Assembly: GCF_009914755.1 (NCBI RefSeq)
Contig: NC_060942.1
Length of the DNA: 64,000 nucleotides
Origin: the human T2T-CHM13v2.0 reference genome, Homo sapiens
Reading direction: 5' to 3' (one strand)
The notes under the pieces are model-generated. The model was not told where the DNA came from. It searched no databases and saw only the letters and a list, made by a program, of their open reading frames with translations. Of this stretch, positions 38,668 through 64,000 are shown one piece after another. Made by a program: the position numbers and the translations under genes. Each line of letters starts with the position of its first letter. The first letter of the stretch is position 1.

Positions 38668-39305
38668 GTTAGGTCCTGGTTAGGCTCAATCCCGCATGCT
38701 AGAGATTTCTTCCCTATCCTTTATCCCCACCTGCTGGAGGCTCCTCGCACCCTTCTTTCACTTCATCCACTCTGGCTGCTTCCCTCCCAGGAATTTTAGG
38801 TCCCTCTTAGCATTGGCATCATGGTATAAACCCCACAGCAAGATCTGCCCTGAGCCCTATGAGGATACAGTGAATTCCTCTCCAAAGGTTTTTTATTCAA
38901 ATAAAAAACCGCAGTTAGGACCCACTCACTCCTCACAGCAATAATGCTTAGTATCATCCACACAAAGAGCACCACAAGCAGTAGTGCTTGTGATCATTCA
39001 CACACACTTTCAACCTCCAGAATATCCCAACCACCAAGGAAATACTTTGTCACCCCTGCGACATTTCTTACCTCGGTCTGTGCACAGTTACCTGGTCGCC
39101 ACGGTATGTGAAGATCCTTTCCCCAAAGTTGCTGGTCTGTTTCTTTCCACGTTGCTGAGAGCCCGGATTTATTAATCGCACCAGTTGAGTCTTGATTCCT
39201 TACCTTTATGGCCACTGCAACGAGGCAGCGGGGTGCGCCTCCTCAAGGGAGAGGACTGGACCCTCCCCCAGAGGAGAATGGGAATGCTGGGTGGGCCCTC
39301 AAATT

Positions 39306-39899
39306 TGTGGAAAATAATTTTCGTTGCCGCAAAGAACCGTCAGCACTCCAGCAACAAGTTTTTACAGCAAGGCAAATTTACTTCTATGGAAGAGTGGTCT
39401 TGCAGATGGAGCAAAGGCAAGATCACACCAGACAAGGGAGGGGAAAGTGTTCTTATTTCTAACTCAGCTAGTCCCTACTGTTGTGTCTTTTCCCTATTGG
39501 ATAGGGTTGGACTGCACACTCTAAGCCAATTCAGATTGGCTATTTCAAAGAGGGCAGGGGTATGAGCTGGAGTGGCAGGGTGAGTAGTTTCAGTGGGAAA
39601 GACAGTTACAGAGCAGGTGTCTAAGGATGACTAAGGACAGAGCAGGTTACTAAGAATGACTAAAGACAAAGCAGGTGTTAGAGGCTAGAAGGGGGTTGTT
39701 TAATGAAACTAGGGGCAAGGAGGCATAACGAACGAGGAAGTTAAACTTTAAAACGGAGAACAAAGAACAGAGAAGCTGAACATACTGACATATTTGTTCT
39801 TTGATGAGGAACTCAGAACTCATTGTACTTAATCTTCCCCCTCTTGAATTTTAAAGGATATTTACAGGCTAAAATCTTTGAAGAGGAATTCACTGTATC

Positions 39900-39902
<3 letters not shown>
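39306..39902 (-). mobile_element. 5' LTR (LTR10-type, probably LTR10B-like)
   Basis: Homologous to 31205-31811; terminal TG missing; CCAAT boxes; AGTAAA poly(A)-like signal at 39377-39382; followed by PBS-like TTTGAGGGCCCACCCAGCATT. Confidence 0.88.
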
Positions 39903-53347
<13,445 letters not shown>

Positions 53348-53555
53348 CCTCTCCAGCTTCCAGGCTTGGCCCGGGAGGCAGCTTTGTGGATCTTCCTGAG
53401 ATCCCCATGGTGAATCACGTAAGAGTCGTTGTTGGTGTAGAACAGCTGACTGAAGGGGCTTGGGCGCTCTGGGCCCGTCTGGCCCTTGACAGCGGTGGCA
53501 CAGAGCCTCTCCATGGCTGCAGCCACCTGCTAGAGAGAGCCCGTGCCTCCCGCTG

Positions 53556-53630
53556 CTCGCCCTTCCCCAGTCCCCGCCACTCGCCCTTCCCCAGTCCCCG
53601 CCGCTCGCCCTTGCCCTTCTTCAGTCCCTG
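53556..53630. repeat. 24-bp GC-rich minisatellite (CTCGCCCTTCCCCAGTCCCCGCCR), about 2.5-3 copies
   Basis: Seen directly, just upstream of the ATG. Confidence 0.8.
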
Positions 53631-53713
53631 CACCCGCCCTGACACGACTAGAAATCTCAGTCGGCCAAGCTTTTGGACACTCCAGCCTCTCCCGGGAGAA
53701 AATGGCTGCCCAA

Positions 53714-53760
53714 AACCGTTAGGCAGCTGAGCAGAACCGTTAGGCAACAGCACATGCGCA
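53714..53760. promoter_or_regulatory. Motif cluster: 2x AACCGTTAGGCA (MYB/A-MYB-like) and an NRF1-like GCACATGCGCA
   Basis: Direct repeat at 53714-53725 and 53735-53746; GCACATGCGCA at 53750-53760; about 200 bp upstream of the ATG. Motif match only. Confidence 0.5.
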
Positions 53761-54960
53761 ACTCAGCAGACCTGGGAGACACGCGAGGCAGGAAACCGCC
53801 CTGGCTGCGCTTCGCCCAGCACGGCGTGCAGGTGGCACCTGCCACTGAGGCGCTATCGGGCTGGCGGGGCTCCTTGCAGCGGAACGTGGGGGGCTCCCTG
53901 CCACATAGCCTGCTTGACAGAGCCGCCCCTGGCCCCTCCTCAACCTGAGATCCAGGAGCTGGGCCCTGGCGCTGGGCATCGTGCAGCCTCCAGGGTGGCG
54001 CTGAGTGTCGGTTCCCGGCCTCCTGCAGCCAGGGACCCAACCCCTGACTGAGGCGCCCTGGAGGCTTCTGGCCCAAGTATCCGCGTGGCTGGTGGCGCTG
54101 GCAGGGTCAGGGTTGCAGCCTCTCCTGCCGCGTGCCGTGTTCAGGTGGCAGCTGCAGCTGAGCCCATGGTAGAGGCTATAGGGCTGGGCCCAGACCGCTG
54201 AGCATCGCCGAGTACATCGCCCTTCCACCCGGGGCTCTGCTCTTCCTCGGCTCGCGCTGGCAGCGCAGGCTTGCGACCACTGGGCCCTGTACAGCTGCGG
54301 CGACGAGGCTTTGCGGCAGGTTCCCACGATCCGGCAACTGAGGTCCCACTGCCTGACTTAGGCGCAGTGGCGGTGTCCGACCCTGGGGTTCGCCTGCTGG
54401 TGGCGCGGACAGGTTCTGGGGTTGCCACCGCTGCTGCCACCTTCAAATGCCAGCTGCAGCTGAGCCCATGGTAGAGGCTGCAGGGCTGGGCCCAACGGCC
54501 TAAGGGTAGCCGTGTGGCACACGCCCTCCCACTCTAGGCCCTGCTCTTCCTTGGCTCGCGCCCTGAGCGCTGGTTTGCAGGCTCTGGGCACTGTGCAGTC
54601 ACCAGGATACGGCTGAGCAGCAGGTTCAGCGCCGCCTGGGCCCAGAGGGGAAGAGGGGAGTTTGGGGTTGCTTGGCCATATTTGCCTGTGTGCCAAGTGC
54701 AGGTAGCGGCAACAGTTCTGACAGGCACGGATGGCGGGTCCCGTTTAGAGGGCTTCAAGGTTCCTGAGAGCGCCCGCTGCCAGGCCTCAGGATCCCTTCC
54801 TCGTTGACCAGCGTCTGGAGTATGGCAGTGGCGCTGGGTCATCTGCAGCCATCCTGGATGGGGCTGAGCTGCAGTTCTCACCCTTGGACTGAGAGGGAAA
54901 CTCGGCTGAGTGGAGCAGATGGAGAAACAGTTAAATTGAACTTATCTATAAAGACTTCCA

Positions 54961-55352
54961 GGCTGGGTGCAGGACCTCATGTCTGTACTTACAGCACTTT
55001 GGGAGACCGAGATAGGAGGATCACTTGATCCCAGGAGTTTGAGACCACCTTAGACAACACAGGGAAACTTTATCTCTATAAAAATAAAACCAATCAGCCA
55101 GGCATGGTGGTGCATGCCTGTGGCCCCAGCTACTTGGGAGATTGATTGTGGCAGGATCACTTGGGCCTGGGAGTTCGTGGGTACAGTAAACTGATTGTGC
55201 CACAAACAAGGAATGAGAGGTCCTGTTGCTCCCCATCCTTGACAGCATTTGACCTTTTCAGTCTTCTGGATTTTGGTTATTGTTTGATTGTTTGTGCCGC
55301 TGCACTCCAAGCCTGGGCAACAGAGACTCTCTCTCAAAATAAATAAATAAAA
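54961..55352 (+). mobile_element. AluJ with an internal ~85-bp L1-derived insert
   Basis: The Alu right arm is split at attgtgccac / ttgtgccgc. Confidence 0.85.
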
Positions 55353-55599
55353 GACTTCTAGTCACTATATCTTATCTATGTCGAATTGTTTACACATCTG
55401 GCTTGAAGAGTTAAAACTCACAGCACCCTCTGATTATGTGATAGGGACCATGTGATTAAAGTGGGTGACCATGTTCTTGCCTCCAGGGGGCCCAAGTCAA
55501 GGGATGGTTCCCCAGCTGCAGGAGGGTGGGAATGGATGCTCAGCACCATCCCGGAGGCTACACAATGCCCAGCCCCAGGGCCCAACTCCTGGATCCCGG

Positions 55600-60130
<4,531 letters not shown>

Positions 60131-60134
60131 ACAG

Positions 60135-60680
60135 ATTAGTGGATAAAGAAAATGTGGCATATACATACAATGGAATATTATTCATCCTTACAAAAGAAAG
60201 AAATCCTAAAATTTGTGATAGCATTGATGGACTGAGAGAACATAATGCTAAGTAAAATAAGCCAGACACAGAAAGACAAATATACTGCATAATCTCATTT
60301 ATCTGTGAAATCTAAAAAATTTAAACTCATTAGATGCTAGGGATTAGAAGGTAGGAAAAATGGGGAGATGCTTTTAGTTAAAAGATGAATAAATTCTGGA
60401 TACCTAACATATATAGCATAGTAGCTACAGCTGATAAGAATGTATTGTATACCTGAATTTTGCTAACAGGGTAGGTCTTATGTATTTCCATACAAGCACA
60501 CATAGACACACACAGAGAAAGTGTAACTTTGTAAGTTGATGAAAATGTTAATTGACTGCGGCTATTACTTCACAATGTATACATACATCACATCATATTA
60601 TATAACTTAAATATGTACAATTTTTATTTATCAATCATACTTCAATGAAGCTAGAAAGAAAAATAAGAAAAAAACATTTG
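60135..60680 (+). mobile_element. L1M (L1MA-like) 3' end
   Basis: ggataaagaaaatgtggcatatacatacaatggaatattattca... to A-rich tail. Confidence 0.75.
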
Positions 60681-61130
60681 TACAGCATAATTAATTATGA
60701 AACGGATACATTTTCTAACAATTATGATATCTTTTTCTATGCTTATTTTAGAATATTGTATTGTCATTGGGATTATTGCCACCATTTTCTTCTCTGTACC
60801 TGTATTCCTATCTTTATCACAGTGACCAAATCTCCTCTGATAACACTTAATTTTTGCCCATCTGAAATTATATCTTAAATTCCAAAAAGTAAATATTTTC
60901 TGATTTTTAGGGAAAAATAAGAATTTTTTAGATTTCCTAGGTGACCTCTAGAAAAACTGTGACAATTTTTGCCTTATAAAATGGATAAGGCTAAAATAAA
61001 TTGGGCTTCTTTGGTATGCCCCATATTTCTTCATTAGTTCCACACATCTGTGTGAGTTGCATGAGGTCAATTCTAAAAGACTCAGCCTTCTCAGTTCATT
61101 TTACATAATCTTACATATTAAGATGAATGG

Positions 61131-61461
<331 letters not shown>

Positions 61462-61959
61462 TCACAGATTAGAGACTGTAATAGGAAATTGGAGAGGTAT
61501 ATGCCCCCAGGTGAAACATTGGTCAAGTCTTTATGAGATAGTATTGAACCTAATGCAGAATTTTATTCTTCTCCATTTTTATATTATTGTTTACTATATA
61601 AATTAAACAGCCATTTAGTTGCTTCTCTAGGTGGTTTTTGTTTTCCTCTGACACTTACTTGAATGTTCTCCTATAAAGTACTGAGCATAACAACTTACTT
61701 TTAAATCTCATTGTTTTAAGGATTTATTTTTTGCCTCATTGGTAGATAATTTTATCAAAGCAAAAAACTGACTCAACATCCAGTAGAAGGAGTATTAATT
61801 ACACAGTTTCTTTTTCTAGCTCTGATCCTCAATTTTATGTACTACAGCTTGTAAGTGAAATACATCCTTCAAACGCTGTCTAATTTCTATTTTTCTCTGA
61901 GAATTCAGAAAAATATATTTGTACTGACTCTCCATGCTTGTAAGACAACATATTATTAT

Positions 61960-62285
61960 TGTAGGAATTTCTCCTTAGTTCAGCTAAAAGCTGCGTTCTT
62001 GTCACACAGCCATGAAATATTAGGCTCACCGACGCTTCGAAGGGTAAGAAAAATGGAATTTATTGGGCAAAAGGGAGAAAAGGAGAAACAGAGACTCTCA
62101 GTAAAGTGAGTCCTGCTACCCAGCTTCCTGCCTCATAGATTGAATCCCAGCCTCCGTCCTGGAACAGAAGAGGCCAGGCTCCTCCCCGCTGCAAACTTCC
62201 CCAGGCTCCACCTCAGTGTGCACTCCTGCCAGTGTGCAAGCTGGTCGGAAGTTCTGCTGGGGAGCCCTTTTTACTTGTTGTCTCA
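61960..62285 (-). mobile_element. MER61-like ERV1 solo LTR
   Basis: TG...CA ends; 4-bp TSD ttat; ...tagttcagctaaaag...aggccaggctcctccccgctgcaaac. Confidence 0.75.
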
Positions 62286-62628
62286 TTATTTGCATAGTTT
62301 CATCAAGAATCTGTCCTTTTTTCCTGGGATTTAATTGGACATCCAAGGTCATACATGTGTTTATAAGGTATGAAAATACCTATTAAGGAAAAAGATTGTA
62401 CTTTAAATGTTGAGCCAATACCTACTAAGTCCTCCACCTGTTCTATGGTTCCAGCCTCACATTGGTAAGGGAGTGTTTTCAGAAGGCCATGAATCTTACA
62501 TTTTAGAACCCGGTGGAGGGAAGACTTCACCTATGTGTTTAACTCCTCTTTCTGAAGCTACATAAATAATCAGGGTCTAATATAGTCAGATAAACTTTTT
62601 CTTTTTTTGATTAAGAATAACACTTGGA

Positions 62629-62929
62629 GGCCGAGCCGGTGGCTCACGCCTGTAATCCCAGCACTTTGGGAGGCTGAGGTGGGCGGATCACGTGGTGAGG
62701 AGATCGAGACCATCCTGGCTAACACGGTGAAACCCCGTCTCTACTAAAAATACAAAAAATTAGCCGGGCGTGGTGGTGGGCGCCTGTAGTCCCAGCTACT
62801 CGGGAGGCTGAGGCAGGAGAATGGCGTGAACTCGGAGGCGGAGCCTGCAGTGAGCCGAGATCATACCACTGTACTCCAGCCTGAGAGACAGAGCCAGACT
62901 CTGTCTCAAAAAAAAAAAAAAAAAAAAAG
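62629..62929 (+). mobile_element. AluY
   Basis: CpG-rich dimer; TSD aagaataacacttgga. Confidence 0.93.
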
Positions 62930-63459
62930 AATAACACTTGGAGATTACTGACATGAAAATAAGGAACTGAGTTAGTTATGGATTAGCACTAACAGAGGAC
63001 ATATTTGTGATAGGGGACTGCTAAGGAAAAGTATCTAAAACTCTGACATAAAACATGTATTTTTAGTGTAATATTACATTATTAAAAGCTATCATCTCAA
63101 AGGCCAACCCAAAGATTACTTCATTTTCTTTTGACTTGGCCATGTATTAGTTGATTTGATCCTAGATGCTATGCAATTATGTGATAACTTCTAGGTTTCT
63201 CTCTAGTAGAAAAAGACAATGCCAGACCTTATGGATCTGTTTCCATGAAGGATATTAATCAGTTTTAATTCACAACTGATAGGAGTTCATCAAACATCAG
63301 AAAAACTGCTCTTGAGTGCATTTACTGTACACATTTTTGTGAATTGCTTCATTATATCACATTTCCAATTCCCTTTTTCTAATAAGTTTAATAAAGTTTA
63401 AATTTTATGCTTAATAACAAAAAATACAGTGCAATTGGGAATACATTTTTTTTCTTTTA

Positions 63460-64000
63460 ATTTTCTTCTTTAAATTGTGGTAAAATACACATACTGTAAA
63501 ATTTATCACTTTAATGAATTTTAAATGAACAGTTCAGAGGACATTACATTCACCAAATTGCACAACCTTTACCACCGTCCATTTCCAGAACTCTTTAATC
63601 ATCCCATATAGAAGCTCTGTACCCATTAAACAATAACTTCTCACCCACACTAGTCCCTGGTAATGATTATTCTTTCTCTATGATTTGCTTATTCTAAGTA
63701 CTTGAAGCAATATTTATCCTTTTGCATCTGGCTTATTTCACTAAGCATAATGTTTTCAAAGTTTATGTATGTTGTAGTCATTGAAGTTCTGTAGTGTATA
63801 TTAGAATTTCATTCCCTAATAAGGCTGAATAAATTTCCATTATGTGAATATGGTGTATTTTGTTTATTCATTCATTTATTGATGAACCTTTGAGTTGCTT
63901 CCTGCTTTTGGTTACTGTAAATCATGGTACTGTGAACATTGGTGGTTAATATCTGTTGGAGTCTCTATTTGCAATTACTTTGGGCATGTATATAGGCATA
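63460..64000 (-). mobile_element. L1MB-like 3' end (runs off the window)
   Basis: taaattgtggtaaaatacacata...accattaaacaataact...tggcttatttcactaagcataatgttttca. Confidence 0.75.

Overview
Primate (human-like) genomic DNA, rich in repeats and typical of a pericentromeric or acrocentric segmental duplication. The main feature is a minus-strand, unprocessed ANKRD30B-like (ANKRD30BL/ANKRD30BP-type) ankyrin-repeat pseudogene at about 24724-53514. It has a CpG-island promoter and nine recognisable exons. Lesions: a 1-bp deletion in exon 1, a GT>CT donor loss in exon 5, an ~8.7-kb HERV-I/HERVIP10 (LTR10) provirus inside exon 7, an AluY inside a coiled-coil exon, and loss of the 3' exons. Even so, a stop-free spliced 202-codon ORF can be assembled. 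It starts at an ATG that overlaps the stop of the frameshifted upstream frame and ends on a TAG supplied by the LTR. The rest of the window is L1, Alu, L2, MIR, MER11, THE1, MER61, MER30, MER58 and Tigger2a repeats plus a U6 snRNA pseudogene. I see no evidence of a new multi-gene system. Repeat-family calls come from remembered consensus sequences, and repeat boundaries are approximate.
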